A DNA stretch of 64,000 nt, taken from contig NC_092379.1 in NCBI RefSeq assembly GCF_030028105.1, positions 18,556,742 to 18,620,741 on the forward strand, written 5' to 3'. The notes under the pieces are model-generated. The model was not told the origin of the DNA and did not search any database. It saw only the letters and a program-made list of their open reading frames with translations. Below, in pieces: positions 27,060 through 40,977 of this stretch (its first letter is position 1; the number at the start of each line of letters is the position of its first letter). The DNA is from Mobula birostris. Lineage: Eukaryota. The translations under genes were made by a program, and so were the position numbers.

Positions 27060-28570
27060 TCATGATAAATGATATATTTTCTAATAGAAATAGTAGTATT
27101 GGAATATCATTATTTGTGGATGATGGAGCTATATGGAAAAGGGGTGGGAATGTGGAATTTATAACACGGAAACTTCAAGAAGCAAATGTTAAGGTGGAAG
27201 ATTGGGCATGAAAATAGGAATTCAGATTTTCAGCAGAGAAATCCAAAATAATGTTTTTCACTAGGGAGAGGACAGAACAACACTTGAAGCTAATACTTTA
27301 TGGTATGGAATTAGAAAATGTGGATACCTTTAAATTTTTAGGAATCTGGTTTGATAAAAGACTCACATGGTCAACACATAGTAAAGAAATAATAACCAAA
27401 AGTAAGAAAGTGCTAAATGTTATGAGGTGTTTAAAAGGAAAGGAAAGGGGAGCTGACAGGGGCAATAAGGACAATACCAGTGGTGGCAATGCAGGTGGAG
27501 TTTGGAGAGACACCTCTGGAACTGAGAAGATCACAACTTGTGTTAACATATTGGGTAAACCTACAAGGGCCTGGAGAACATCATCCAAGTAAACGGCTTT
27601 TAGATTGATGCTGGGAAAAGGAAAGAAAGAAATTCAGAAGTTTTGCATGGACTATTGAAGGGAAAGCAGAAAGGACAGGAGTTAGTAAAAAGGCAGTGAG
27701 TGATACAATGCCTTTTCCTGAGCTGTCTCCATGACTGTGTGAAGCACCGGGGTGGATCCTAAATTATTCCAAAAGAGACAGAAAAATAGAGAGGTGATTT
27801 TAAATCAAGATATAGTTGAAACTTATGTAAATAATGGTCATTATGTATATTTACAAATGCAAACAAATGCTTCAAAACTGGCAATATTAGATTAGGGGTA
27901 GGATTGGTGGTGCCTGATTTTAACATGAAAAAGCAGGTGAGGATAGATGATGATTTCTCAGTGTATACAGATGAAATGACAGCTGGACTATTCACTTTGC
28001 AGTGGGTGGAGGGGGTAAGATCAATTAGATTTGCAATATTGTCTGATTCAAGGACAACAATCAGGAGTCTAAAAGATTTACATTCAGAGGCAAGACGAGA
28101 CATTGTAAGTAAGGTAATACAAACCTTATTTCGACTATATAATAATATCCAGAAAGAAATGGGATGGTTGAGGAATGCAGGAAAGAGCAGGAGGCAGGAG
28201 GTGATAACATCAAAATTGAGATTTGGGCACACAGGATTAAAGTACATCGTTTTTCATGAAGAAACACAATAATGGGAGTTGTGATTATTGTAATCAACAA
28301 GACATAATCAAGAGAGTGGTTGGTTGATTTTAGAGTTATCACAGAATAAAATTCAATTTAAAATTAACAGCATTTTGCAGAAAGGATTGCAGGATTATTA
28401 CCTTAAGTATATAGTGCAGTTCATTAAGAACACAGGTCTTTTTATAAATTTGATACAAATATAAATATGGGGTCAAATTTAAAAATGTGTGTCATGATAT
28501 GTTGACCCACACTCTGGTTCAGTAGTGGCGGTAATGCACCCTCAAGCTTTTTGCCAACCACCATAAAAAC
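27060..28570 (+). mobile_element. I/Nimb-type non-LTR retrotransposon fragment (RT C-terminus and RNase H)
   Basis: FKFLGIWFDKRLTW..H; RNase H-like SVYT..., ILSDSRTT, RLRFGHT-like motif; 3' end GGCGGTAATGCACC. Confidence 0.7.
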
Positions 28571-28939
28571 GTTAGAACATTATCGACTATTGAAAGGCCC
28601 AGATGGGATTGATGGGGAAAGGATGTTTGCGAGAGTGTCGGGATGCCAGTATACACAGGCCACTCCCACCATAGGCTGTTTGCCAAGGGAAGACAGAAGG
28701 GAAACACCAGAGAAAAAGTCAGGTAGACACAGTGAACCAGACCTCCCACCTACCTGTTTCTATCCCTGCCGCCATTGGTTAAAAGGTCTGCTGGTCCTCC
28801 CACCCGTCTTTCATCTGGTTAGAGAAACATACAGACCATCTACCTCTATTGGTTGGAGATCTGCATGTTCCCACCCTCCCTTTTTATCTCCATTGGTTTG
28901 CGCACAGATCTGACATACGGCTTGCCCTACCAGTGGTCA

Positions 28940-29840
28940 CATTTTTTAAAGTCGTTGTGGGGGTTGAATCGCATGAAAATTTTTCAGAAAGGTTCAATTC
29001 CTCGGCACAGATTCATCCTGCAAATTAACCATGAGAGAATCCTGCACAAGGATTCACAAAACCCTTTGCATCTCAGAGTTTTGTATTTTCTGTCCATTAG
29101 GAAAGAGTCAACCATTTCATTTCTTCTACCAAAGAGCATGACCATACAATTCCCAACATTGTATTCCATCTGCCTCTTCTTTGCCCACTCTCCTAATCTA
29201 ATCTATTTAACTGTTTCTGTATTGTCCCTGCTTCCTCAAAACTACTTGCCCCTCGACCTATTGTCTGCAAACTTTCCAACAAATCCATCAAGTCCAACAT
29301 CCAAATCACTGACATATAATGTAAAAAGGTAAAATCTTTCTGAATGTTGTGGTGTACACCATCTGGTCCATGTGACTTATTTACCTTCAGACCTTTCAAT
29401 TTCTCAAGAATCTTCTCTGTAATAGTGGTAGCTTCACACACCTCATGACGCCGACACCTGGAACTTCTAACAGACTGCTAGTGTCATCCTCACTGATGCA
29501 AGGTATTTATTCAGTTTGTCCACCATTTTCTTGTCCCCCATTATTACCTCTCCAGTATTTTTTCCAGTGGTCCGATACCCACTCTCGCATCTCTTTTACA
29601 CTTTATGTATCTGAAGCAAGATTTGGTGTTCTCTTTAATACTATTGGGTAGCTAACTTTAGTATTCTGTCTTACTCTTCTTACTGATGTTTTTAGATGCC
29701 TTCTGTTGGTTTTAAATGCTGCCCAATCCTCTAACTTCCCACCAATGCGAGCTCAATGATATGCCCTGTCTTTGGCTGTTATGTTGCTTTTGACTTCCAT
29801 TGTTGTGTCATCTTGCCATGGTTGTGTCATCTTGCCTTTT
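28940..29840 (-). mobile_element. CR1 LINE fragments
   Basis: MEYNVGNCMVMLFGRRN, KSHGPDGVH peptides. Confidence 0.85.
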
Positions 29841-29849
29841 GAACGCTTC

Positions 29850-31230
29850 TTCCTCCTCAAATCCCCGTCTGAATCCTCAGGCAATGGCAGCGAGGCATTA
29901 CAGAGGGTTATTTCCCTCTCAGAAATAGACTTCGAGGTTCAGCGTAAAAGAATCTTTTCCCTTCCTTCATACCTAGTGGCTGGATTCCATAAGCTTGGCT
30001 GCAAGTTCCCCAGACTGTTCAGATATTTCCTTGGTCCTCTCCTGAACGAGAGGTCCCAACTAGATGGTGTTGGGACTTGCAGTGTATTGACGGGAAATGG
30101 CTTGTTCATCCTTGAGGGCAGGACTTGGTCACTCGAAGGTCTCAGGTTACCTCAAACGGAAGGCAGCCCTATTATTGGTTGTTGGTCACGGGAGAGTCTG
30201 AGTCTCAGAACACCATGGCACAAACAAACCCTCTTATGATGACTGGAGCAAGCAATGATTCTCCCCTCCCTCCAGTCCACAGCTGGGGACATTCGGCCCA
30301 CCAGTGACAGTCTTTCTCACAGTAAAAGCAGCGACCTTGACTCTGACGCCGGGACCTTTCATCGGCGGAGACTCCAGTACAATCGACCTGCATGGGTCCA
30401 ACTGGATCTTGAGTCGGCGACGGGCTGGTTATGGTCCGAGGTTCGGGGGTGAAACTGCGATGCGTAGGGACTGGGATTGGACCGGCTCACTTTGATTTCC
30501 TGAAGTGGTCCCACTTTTGGTCTGCCAGATGATTATTGAGATGGATGGACTGATCACTCAAAGCCTCTGCGATCTCAGTTGGCTTTCCCGAGGAGAGGCA
30601 TCCTTCAGTTCATCCGTGGCAGTAGAACATGCCCACGGCCTCCCCATTCCAACCACTCTTCTGGGCCAAGGTCCAAAATTCGACTGCATTGCGGCCGCAG
30701 ACCATACCCACTGTTGAGCTTGCTGGCACCGATGAGGTGATTAAACACCTTCCTCATGGCAGCCATGAATTCCTCTGAATCCGAAGAGGTCTCAGACCTA
30801 CATTCCAAATGCGTAGTGGCCCAGGCCAGGGCTCTTCCAGTCCGGAGAGAGATAATGAAGGCCACCTTTCCTCACTCTGAAGGGAATTGGGACAGCTGTA
30901 GTTCAAACATGAATGAGCATTGGGTGAAGAGCCATGGCAAGAACCCGAGTCACTGTCGAATCTCTCTGGGATTGAATGATGTGCTGGCTCCATACAAGCA
31001 TGAAATGGCTTTTCCAAACGACCTTGGCTTCCTCCTTGCAAAAGTTGTTGAATGGCTACCTGGAGTTCGTGAATCTCCAGGCCTTGTCTGGAAATCCTTG
31101 TCACCACAGTGGACGAAAGATTTTGATATCCCACTGGGTCCATGTTTGCTCAATTGTAATGTGACAAGAGTCCTTGATGAGAATGGTTTGGACCCAATTG
31201 CCGGGGTAAACGAAGCAAGGTTCTAAACAC
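29850..31230 (-). mobile_element. Chromoviral Gypsy gag fragment (capsid and CCHC knuckle)
   Basis: AFIISLRTGRALAWAT capsid motif; RCFYCEKDCHWWAECP zinc knuckle. Confidence 0.85.
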
Positions 31231-31379
31231 AGTATCAAACTAGATCTGAGCGCAAAACAAATGCTGGATGATATCACCAGTTGGCTTATGATTGAGCACC
31301 GAACCTCTGTTCAGCTGTTCCTTAAATACTTAATTCTTGGTGCCCAAACATGATTATCAATTAGCAGGACCATCCTGAT

Positions 31380-32100
31380 TCCCTAAAGGGGCCATGCCAG
31401 CTATCCATACTCCCGGAAGTTGGTGCAGTTGGGAGTGTCTTGTAATAACAACTTCTGGCTAGTCACGCTTGCCGTTGAGAATACCATGGACACAATCTTT
31501 GATATCCCTGTTCCTGGCAGCAGGGATGCAACATACCATCTGGGTGTCTCTATCGAGCCCACAGAACCTCGTCCCTGTTCTTCTGATGAAGGAATCTCCT
31601 ATCATAACTACATTCCTCTTCACCTGTCTCCTCTTCTGAGCCACATCACCAGACTCAGTGCCAGAGACCCGGTCATTCTGGCTCCCCCCAGTAGATGGAT
31701 TCCTCTCCATTGTTTCTAAAGTTAAATGCTTGTTATTGAGGGGAACAGCCACAGGTGTTCTCTGCACTGGTTCTGCATTTCCCCTCAATCTCCTGACAGT
31801 CACCCAGTTACCTGTCTCCTGCAACCTTGGGGTAACTATCTCTCTGTAGCTCCTGTCTATCACCTCGTCATTCTCCTGTATGAGTCGAAGGTCATCGAGC
31901 TGCAGCTCCAGTTCCTTAATACATTCTCTCAGTTGCTGCAACTCGGCGCACCTGGTACAGATGTGTTCACCTGGGAGACTGGAGTCTCCCAGACTTCCCA
32001 CATCCCACACAGAGTGCAAAACCCTGCCCCTGAAGCCATTCTCACTAAACTACCATGTCCTAATAGATGAGGAGTGAACAAATAGGAACAGAAAGAGAGA
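31380..32100 (-). mobile_element. CR1 ORF1 fragment (zinc finger/leucine zipper and SGNH esterase start)
   Basis: HICTRCAELQQLRECIKELELQLDDL; VVMIGDSFIR. Confidence 0.9.
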
Positions 32101-32249
32101 AACCTTGTGGTCTTATGGAAGGTGGAGCAGGGTTGAAATGGAGGAAATTCATGAGACATAATCTCCCACACACACAGCCTTGTTGACTAATCCTAATCAA
32201 CCCAAGTTTTTTGAAATAGCTCTTAACCCTCAGGTCTCCTCCATTAAAA

Positions 32250-33720
32250 CCATAAGATATAGCAGTAGAATTAGGCCATTTTGGCCCATCAAGTCTGCTT
32301 CACCATTTCATCATGGCTGATCCACTTTCCCTCTCAGTCCCAATCTCCTGCCTTCTCCCTGTATCCCGTCATGCCCTGACTAATCAAGAATCTATCAACC
32401 TCTGCCTTGAATATACCTAAAGAATTGGCCTCCACAGCTGCATGTGGCAGCAACTTCCACAGATTCATCACTCTCTGCTGAAAAAAATTTGTCCTGATAT
32501 CCTTTCTAAAACAGGCCCCTCAATTTTGATGCTGTGTTCTCTGGTCATAGACTTTTCCACCATGAGAAGCATCCTCTCTATATCCACTCTATCAAGGCCT
32601 TTCAACATTTGATCAGTTTCAATAATGTCAGCCCTTATTCTTCTGAATTCCACTGAGCACAGGCCCAAAGCCATCAAACGGTCTTCATATGACATGCTTT
32701 CAATTCTGGAATCATTTACATGAATTCCTTTGAACCCTCTCCAATGTCAGCACATCCTTTCTTAGATAAGGGGGCCGAAATTGCTCACAGTAGTCAAAGT
32801 GAGGCCTTACCAGTGCTTTTGAAAGCTTCAATATTACATCCTTGCATTTATCTTGTAGTCCCCTTGAAATTAATGCTGACATCACATTTGCCTTCCTCAC
32901 CACTGACTCAACCTGCAAATTAACCTTCAGGGAATCCCACACAAGGACTCCCAAGTCCATTTGCACCTCAGATTTTTGAATTTTCTCTCTATTTAGAAAA
33001 TAGTCTATGCTTTACTTTTACGAGTTCCTTTACTTTTAACTCTGGTTCATTGCACAACCCCCAATGCAGAATAGCTAATTGCCTGGTGGGCTCAATCACC
33101 AGCTGCTCTGAAAAAAACAAGCTCGTAGGCATTCTACAAATTCCTTCCCTTGGAATCCGGCACCTTAATGATTTAGTACAGCACAGGCCGTTCAGCCCAC
33201 AATATTGTGCTAAACCAGCTATAAAGCAAATCAAAACCGTCCAGACATCAATCCCTCCTACTTACACCATGTGCAGCGCCCTCTTACTTCCTTACAACAA
33301 CTGAGAAAGAGATACTCTCTGTCCACTCATATGCCTCTCATAATCTTGTACACCTCTATCTGATGCTCAGAGGAAACAAACCAAGTTTATCCAGCCTCTC
33401 ATGATAGCACATGCCCTCTAAACCAGGCAGCATCCTGGTAAACCTCTTCTGCAACCTCTCCGAAGCCTCAGCATATTTCCTATAGTGGGCCAACCTGAAC
33501 TCTACGCAATACTCCAGATGTGATCGAACCAGGCTTTTATAAAGTTGCAAAATAACGTCCTGACCTTTGAACTCAATGCCGCAACTAATACAAGCAAGCC
33601 TTCTGCAAATCTTGTTAAGCCCCTTATTGAACTGTGTAGCCATTTTCAAGGTGATTGAACCTGGATCACAAGATCTCTCTGCTCAGCAACACTGTTAAGA
33701 ACCTTGCCATTAAAGGTGTG
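32250..33720 (-). mobile_element. CR1 3'-end fragments
   Basis: Minus ORFs 32468-32695, 32712-32966 and 33356-33649 with CR1 C-terminal peptides. Confidence 0.85.
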
Positions 33721-33780
33721 CCCTTGTTCCCTTCATAAACAGAGGTACAATATTAGTTCTGATGACTTATGCATCTTAAT

Positions 33781-36700
33781 TCGGAGCAGGAAGGCTGCCA
33801 GTGAACGGCTAAGGATTTCTCGAGCGAAGGCATTTTGCTACTCGGGGTAAAAGAGAGGCAAGACTGCGCAAGCACATGACATCAACCAGTAGAGCAGGAA
33901 AAGTTCAAAAAGAAGACCGCCATATTCAGTGGGCAGCATTCAGAGCAGGCAACGGAGTGAGAAGTAGCAGAGTGAGAGGGCTTTAGCTCAATGGGCTTAG
34001 GCAGTAGCGAGGCAAGGTGGGTTTACCTGTGTTCATAGCGGAAAGGAAGTATGTGTGTGAGGCTGGTGTTCTGTGCTCGGTGTCAGATGTGGGAGGTCCT
34101 GGAGTCTCCTAGTCTCCTAGACAGCCATATCTGCACCCAGTGTGTCAAGCTGCAGCTCCTAAGGGACCGCGTTAGGGAACTGGAGATGCAGCTCGATGAC
34201 CTTCGTCTGATCAGGGAGAGTGAGGAGGTGATAGAGAGGAGTTATAAGCAGGTGGTCACACCGGGGCCACGGGAGACAGACAAGTGGGTAACAGTTAGGA
34301 GAGGGAAGAGGAAGAGTCAGATACTAGAGAGTACCCCTGTGGCTGTACCCCTTGACAATAAGTACTCCTGTTTGAGTACTGTTGGGGGGGACAGCTTACC
34401 TGGGGGAAGCAACAGTGGCTGTGCCTCTGGCACAGAGTCCGGCCCTGTGGCTCAGAAGGGGAGGGAAAGGAAGAGAACGGCAGTCATGATAGGGGACTCT
34501 ATAGTTACGGGGTCAGACAGGCGATTCTGTGGATGCAGGAAAGAAACTTGGATGGTAGTTTGCTTCCCAGGTGCCAGGATCCGGGATGTTTCAGATCACG
34601 TCCAAGGTATCCTGCAGTGGGAGAGAGAACAGCCAGAGGTCGTGGTACATATTGGTACCAATGACATTGGTAGGAAAAGGGAAGAGGTCCTGAAAAAAAG
34701 ACTACAGGGAGTTAGGCTGTATTTGATTTGGTATTGGGAAATGAACCTGGTCAGGTGTCAGATCTCTCAGTGGAAGAGCATTTTGGAGGTAGTGATCATA
34801 ATTCTATCTCCTTTACAATAGCATTGGAGAGAAATAGGAACAGACAAGTTAGAAAAGCGTTTAATTGGAGTAAGGGGAATTATGAGGCTATCAGGCAGGA
34901 AATTGGAAGCTTGAATTGGGAACAGATATTCTCAGGGAAATGTATGGAAGAAATGTGGCAAATGTTCAGGGGATATTTGTGTGGAGTTCTGCATAGGTAC
35001 ATTCCAATGAGACAGGGAAGTTATGGTAGGGTACAGGAACCATGGTGCACAAAGGCTGTAATAAATCTAGTCAAGAAGAAAAGAAAAGCTTACAAAAGGT
35101 TCAGAGAGCTAGGTAATGTTAGAGATCTAGAAGATTATAATGCTAACAGGAAGGAGCTTAAAAAGGAAATTCTGGGAGCCAGAAAGGGCCATGAGAAGGT
35201 CTTGGCAGGCAGAATTAAGGAAAACCCCAAGGCATCCTACAAGTATGTAAAGAGCAAGAGGCTAAGATGTGAAAGAGTAGGACCTATCAAGTGTGACAGT
35301 GGGAAAGTGTGTACGGAACCGAAAGAAATAGCAGAGGTACTTAATGAATGCTTTACTTCAGTATTCACTATGGAAAAGGATCTTGGTAATTGTAGTGATG
35401 ACTTGCAGCAGACTGAAAAGCCTGAGCATATAGATATTAAGAAAGAGGATGTGCTGGAGCTTTTGGAAAGCATCAAGTTGGATAAGTTGCCGGGACCGGA
35501 TGAGATATACCCCAGGCTACTGTGGGAGGCGAGGGAGGAGATTGCTGAGCCTCTGGCAATGATCTTTGAATCGTCAATGGTGACAGGAGAGGTTCTGGAG
35601 GATTGGAGGGTTGCAAATGTTGTTCCTTTATTCAAGAAAGGGAGTAGAGATAGCCCAGGAAATTATAGACCAGTGAGTCTTACTTCAGTGGTTGGTAAGG
35701 TGATGGAGAAGGTCCTAAGAGGCAGGATTTTTGAACATTTGGAGAGATATAGTATGATTAGGAATAGTCAGCATGGCTTTGTCAAGGGCAGGTCGTGCCT
35801 TACAAGCCTGATTGAATTTTTTGAGGATATGACTAAACACATTGATGAAGGAAGAGCAGTAGATGTAGCGTATATGGATTTCAGCAAGGCATTTGATAAG
35901 GTACCCCATGCCAGGCTTATTGAGAAAGTCAGGAGGCATGGAATCCAAGGGGACATTGCTTTGTGGATCCAGAACTGGCTTGCCCACAGAAGGCAAAGAG
36001 TGGTTGTAAATGGGTCATATTCTGCATGGAGGTTGGTGACCAGTGGTATGCCTCAGGGATATGTTCTGGAACTCCTACTCTTCGTGATTTTTATAAATGA
36101 CCTGGATGAGGAAGTGGAGGGATGGGTTAGTAAGTTTACTGATGACACAAAGGTTGGTGGTGTTATGGATAGTGTGGAAGGCTGTCAGAGGTTATAGTGG
36201 GACATTGATAGGATGCAAAACTGGGCTGAGAAGTGGCAGATGGAGTTCAACCCAGATAAGTGTGAAGTGGTTCATTTTGGCAGGTCAAGTATGATGGCAG
36301 AATATAGTAGTAATGGTAAGACTCTTGGCAGGGTGGAGGATCAGAGGGATCTTGGGGTCCAAGTCCATAGGATGCTCAAAGCAGCTGCCCAGGTTGACTC
36401 TGTGGTTAAGAAGGCATACGGTGTATTAGCCTTCATTAATCGTCAAATTGAATTTAGGAGCCGAGAGGTAATGTTGGACCCTGGTCAGACCCCACTTGGA
36501 GTACTGTGCTCAGTTCTGTTCGCCTCACTACAGGAAGGATGTGGAAGCCATAGAAAGGGTGCAGAGGAGGTTTATAAGGATGTTGCTTGGACTGGGGAGC
36601 ATGCCTTATGAAAACAGATTGAGTGAACTCGGCCTTTTCTCCTTGGAGCGACGGAGGATGAGAGGTGACCTGATAGAGGTGTATAAGATGATGAGAGGCA

Positions 36701-37036
36701 TTGCCCGTGTGGATAGTCAGAGGCTTTTTCCCAGGACTGAAATGGTTGCCACAAGAGGGCACAGGTTTAAGGTGCTGGGGAGTAGGTACAGAGGAGATGG
36801 TATGTTTTTTTTTATGCAGAGAGTTGTGAGTGCGTGTAATGGGCTACTGTCAACGGTGGTGAACGTGGATACGATAGAGTCTTTTAAGAGACTTTTGGAT
36901 AGGTACATGGAGCTTAGAAAAATAGAGGGCTATGGGTAAGCCTAGTAATTTCCAAGTTAGGGACATGTTCAGCACAACTTTGTGGGCCAAAGGGCCTGTA
37001 TTGTGCTGTAGGTTTTCTAAGTTTCTATGTTCCTAT
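33781..37036 (+). mobile_element. CR1 LINE with 5' UTR, ORF1 and internally deleted ORF2 through the 3' tail
   Basis: ORF1 34051- (CARCQMW...CTQCVKLQLL, GDSIV, HIGTNDIG); 489-aa ORF2 34728-36197; CTATGTT tail. Confidence 0.95.
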
Positions 37037-38690
37037 GTTAATCCCTTTACGGAGGCCCAATACTTCCTCCAACTTTACCTCGAAATGCCCGAATTTATTT
37101 GTACATTCAGCACTGATCTCTTGGTCATCCACATCTTTTTCCTTTGTAAATACTGAAGCAAAGTACTCATTAAGTACCTCACTCACATTCTCTGCATCCA
37201 AGCTGATATTCCCCCCTTTATCATTAAGTGGTCCCACCCTCTCCCGAGTTATCCTCTTACCCTTGACATATGTATAGAATGCCTTGGGATTCACCTTAAT
37301 CTAACTTGCCAAGGACTTTTCATAGCCCCTGCTGGCTTTCCTAATTTCCTTTAGTTCCTTTCTGGCTTCTTTATACCCCTAATGTGCTTTGTTTGATTCA
37401 ACCTTTACATACTTGATCTTTTTCTTCTTGACTAAACTCATCACCTCTCTGAACATCCAGGGTTCTCTTATCTTTGCATCCTCATCCTTCCTTCTGACAG
37501 GAACATACTTTTCCTGTACTCTGTGCAATTGCTCTTTAAACACCTTCCACATGTCTGATGTGAACTTGCCAGAGAAAAGGTGTTTACAATTAACAATTCT
37601 TGGTTCCTGCCAAATGCCCTTGTAAATTGCCCTATGCCAATTTAAAATTGTTCCACAAGGATAATACCTATCCTTGTCAATAGTTATCCTGAAAGTTAAC
37701 GAGTTGTCACTCTTCCCTTACTGTTCACCCACTGAAAGATCAGTCACCTGGCCAGGCTCATTCTCCAGTACCAGGAGCAGTATGGCCCCTCCTTTCATTG
37801 GACCATACACATATTGATTTGAGAAACCTTCTTGGATGCACTTAACAAATTCAGCCCGATCAGAATCCCTTAAACTCTCCCATGTAGCATCAGCAAATCT
37901 TGAAGCCAGGTTAATTGTTCCCCTGCAGTTCAGGTGCAATCCATCTCAATCAACCTGCATACTGAAATTCCCATTGATTATCTTAACATTGCACTTTTGA
38001 CATGCATCTTCCGTCTCCCATTGTAATTTGTAGACCACATATTTGTTATACTATTTGCAGGTCTGTTTCTAATTCCCATCAGGGACTTTCACCCTTGCAA
38101 ATTCTTAGCTCTACCTAGAACGGTTCTATACCATCTGATCCCATGTCACCTCTTTCTAATCATTTAATTTAATTTTTTACCAACACAGCCACACCACACC
38201 TTCGGCCTACCTCCCTGTCCTTTCGATACAATATGTATCCTTGGACATCAAGCTCCCAGTTATACAGTAATCTTCTTTCAGCCACAATTCAGTGATACCC
38301 ATAATGTCATACATGCCAATCTGTAGCTGTGTTACAAGTTCATCTAGCATAGTGTATTCCGTATACTATGTGCGTTCAGATATAACACCTTCAGTCTTGT
38401 GTTTATCACAGTTCAAAATTTTGTCTCCCTTTTACATTGTAACTCATCCCGTTGACGGCAATTTTACCCGAACATCAACTTCTTCTTGCTAGCAGTCTCA
38501 CTACACACTGCTTCTGTTTGTAAACCAACAACTTGATCCTCAACCCTTTCACTTCATTTCCCATCCCCCTGCCAAATTTGTTCCAACCCTTCTGAACAAC
38601 TCTAGCAAACTGGTCTGCAAATCTATTTGCCTCCATCGATTCAGGTGTAACCTGTCCCTTTTCTACAGGTCATAACTTCTGCTTATCAAG
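37037..38690 (-). mobile_element. Older CR1 ORF2/ORF1 fragments
   Basis: MNPKAFYTYVKGKRITRERVGPL; LLVLENEPGQVTDLSVGE. Confidence 0.85.
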
Positions 38691-38868
38691 GCCCAGAGTC
38701 TTCGAGTAAAGAGGAAAGGTGTAAAGTTCCCAGGGGTTGTGAAGGGCTTCAGACTGCATTGTCTGTTGACTGTGCTGTCGTTGGGATTGCAGTGTCAGAG
38801 AATGCAATGTGAAGTAAGGAAGGTGAAAGTTTGGGTTTCATGGGAGTCTCTGTTAGTCACTTGGTTAC

Positions 38869-39011
38869 CTTGATAACGGTGACGAAGGTGCTGTAGAGGA
38901 AACTGATGATGAACAGAATGGCAAAGGCAGCAACTGTAAGCACATTGTCATCTCCATCCACGTGTCCCTGTTCTTCCTTCCCCTCCTCTCCTGTCAAGTC
39001 TGTGCAGATTC
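38869..39011 (-). CDS. IgW: IgW transmembrane exon TM1
   Basis: ttctttcag|GA ATC TGC...AAG|gtaacc; peptide GICTDLTGEEGKEEQGHVDGDDNVLTVAAFAILFIISFLYSTFVTVIK with acidic spacer and CART motif (F..LF..S..YST.VT). Confidence 0.95.
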
Positions 39012-40977
39012 CTGAAAGAATTGAGAAAGTGAGACTGTTAGTTTCTTGTCGATGTTTCTTGAAGATCAACATGGCAATAAACTTGAGTAAACTTAATGAC
39101 TCAAGTCATGTTTCCCCACAGCATGTCATTTGTAACCAGGGAGCAGCTGGATAGAGCTAAATGAACTAGTTTCTCCGAAACGACTATGTTCGCTCCGTTA
39201 AAAATATTGACCAGATATTCACTTAGCGTTCATTAAACATCATCCCAGTTTGTAATTTACTCTGGGAAGTGCATGTATGTTCAGCAGTCCCTCCAAGACA
39301 GTTTATCCAAAGACCTGCTGTTAGTTCCTGCGTATTCATTTCATTGATTATTATCTCTGCAGTTAAAGCCTTTCAGACTGCTAACAGATCTGCCAGCCTT
39401 GTGTGAGTGGCAAAGTTTGTCATGTGTGTTTCTGCCCAATATCTAAACCATGAATAAATCTAGTGAATAGTGTCAGCACTGAACACATTGCTGCAGGTCA
39501 CAGGGCATCACTGTCTACATATTGTCCCTTCTTTCTGTAACCCTCCACTTTCTGAATGAGATCACTAAATGTCTTCACAAAGTTGATGAAATATCTTTCC
39601 CTGTCAATTACCTTTGTATATTTGAAACTGCGGACCAATCCAGAATGTTCTGTCATCTGTACAGTAGAAACTAGAATACACATACACCTATAACCATTTG
39701 AATGTCTGTCTGCCTGTCTATATAATGAAGGACAGAACCAACCAGGCAACACTTCCAGCCCCTCATGTTTGAGTCACACAGTTGTATCCCAAAACATACC
39801 GGCACGGAACACTGGCAGCCGAATGCTTTCCATACCTTCTTTATTGAACTTTGATTGCACAAACACAGGCTGACATTCAACCTCTCATGTAGTCCACAGA
39901 AGTTTCCAACAGGATCAGACCTGACACTAGGAAGTTTTTAAAAAAAACTGCAGGATCTCAGACATGTTAGTAAATTATTTTGATGTATTTAATCATGGAA
40001 ATATATATTTCCATTTTGAGCTAATGAGAAAGAACTTGCAGGTAACCTTGCTTGTTTCAGGGAGATAAACCACATTGTTGTAGGATCAGCCACCAACTGG
40101 AGGTTGACCAGTGGGGTAGCTGGCCACGGGAATCTCTGCTGCAAAGAACTCAGTGACCTGACACTTGTCCTTTTATCTGGTGAGGAAGTGTAGCTTTAGA
40201 GGGTTCCTACTGGGAATGGACTTTTTTATTCATCTGAAGTTTTCCTGGAATATTCTGCTCTTACACCATTCAGGCTAATATTTACACCAGGAGTGATCTC
40301 TCCACATCTAAAATGTAAAGGCTTTTTACTTTTGGAAATGAAAGAGAAATTGTGGAAAGTGTTCAGTGGGTTAGAAAACACTTGTGAACAGAGAAAGGGA
40401 TAACATTGAGAGAGCATCACACGTGTACTCTGTACCATTGCTTCAGCACTAGTTCTGTGCCTGGCTGAGTACTGTGCATCTCTCTGGTTTACTGGAACTC
40501 AACAACTGTCTGATGTCCAGTTACATTCCACGATGCCTGCTCCAGTGGAACTCAGTACCTCCAGTTCTGGAGACAGATAGACTTGCTTCATGTTTCTGAG
40601 ATGCTGGTGTGAGAACATTGACCCTGCAGTCATTATTTCATCATTCCCTCACTGACAAGGCCGGCATTCCTTGCTCTGCTCCAGCAGGTCCGTCACAGAG
40701 CAGTGAAGAGTTTGGTGTGGGACTGATGGATACAGGTAAACAGGGTAGGAAGGGCAGTGTCCTTCACCAAAGAACATCAGTGAAATAGTTTGTAATCTAA
40801 AACTGGCTTGAAGCATTGAATGAACTCTGATTCTTTCCCACTCTCTGCCTCTGCATTATTAATCCACTCACACAACTACAACAATGCCAGACTTGCCGTT
40901 ACCTATTGACCTTGCTTGTCCCTGGGTTGTGACTGTGGCAGAGGATGTCAACAGTACAGTGAATCTCAGAATCATAC

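Noticed and set aside
28590-28915. Segment with three ATTGG boxes, possible promoter or LTR
   Set aside because: No TG...CA ends, TSD or downstream ORF could be established.
8670-31230. Gypsy gag (29850-31230) and pol (8670-12420) as one element split by insertions
   Set aside because: Both contain the same homologous segment (about 11730-11870 and 29860-30020), so they are separate copies.
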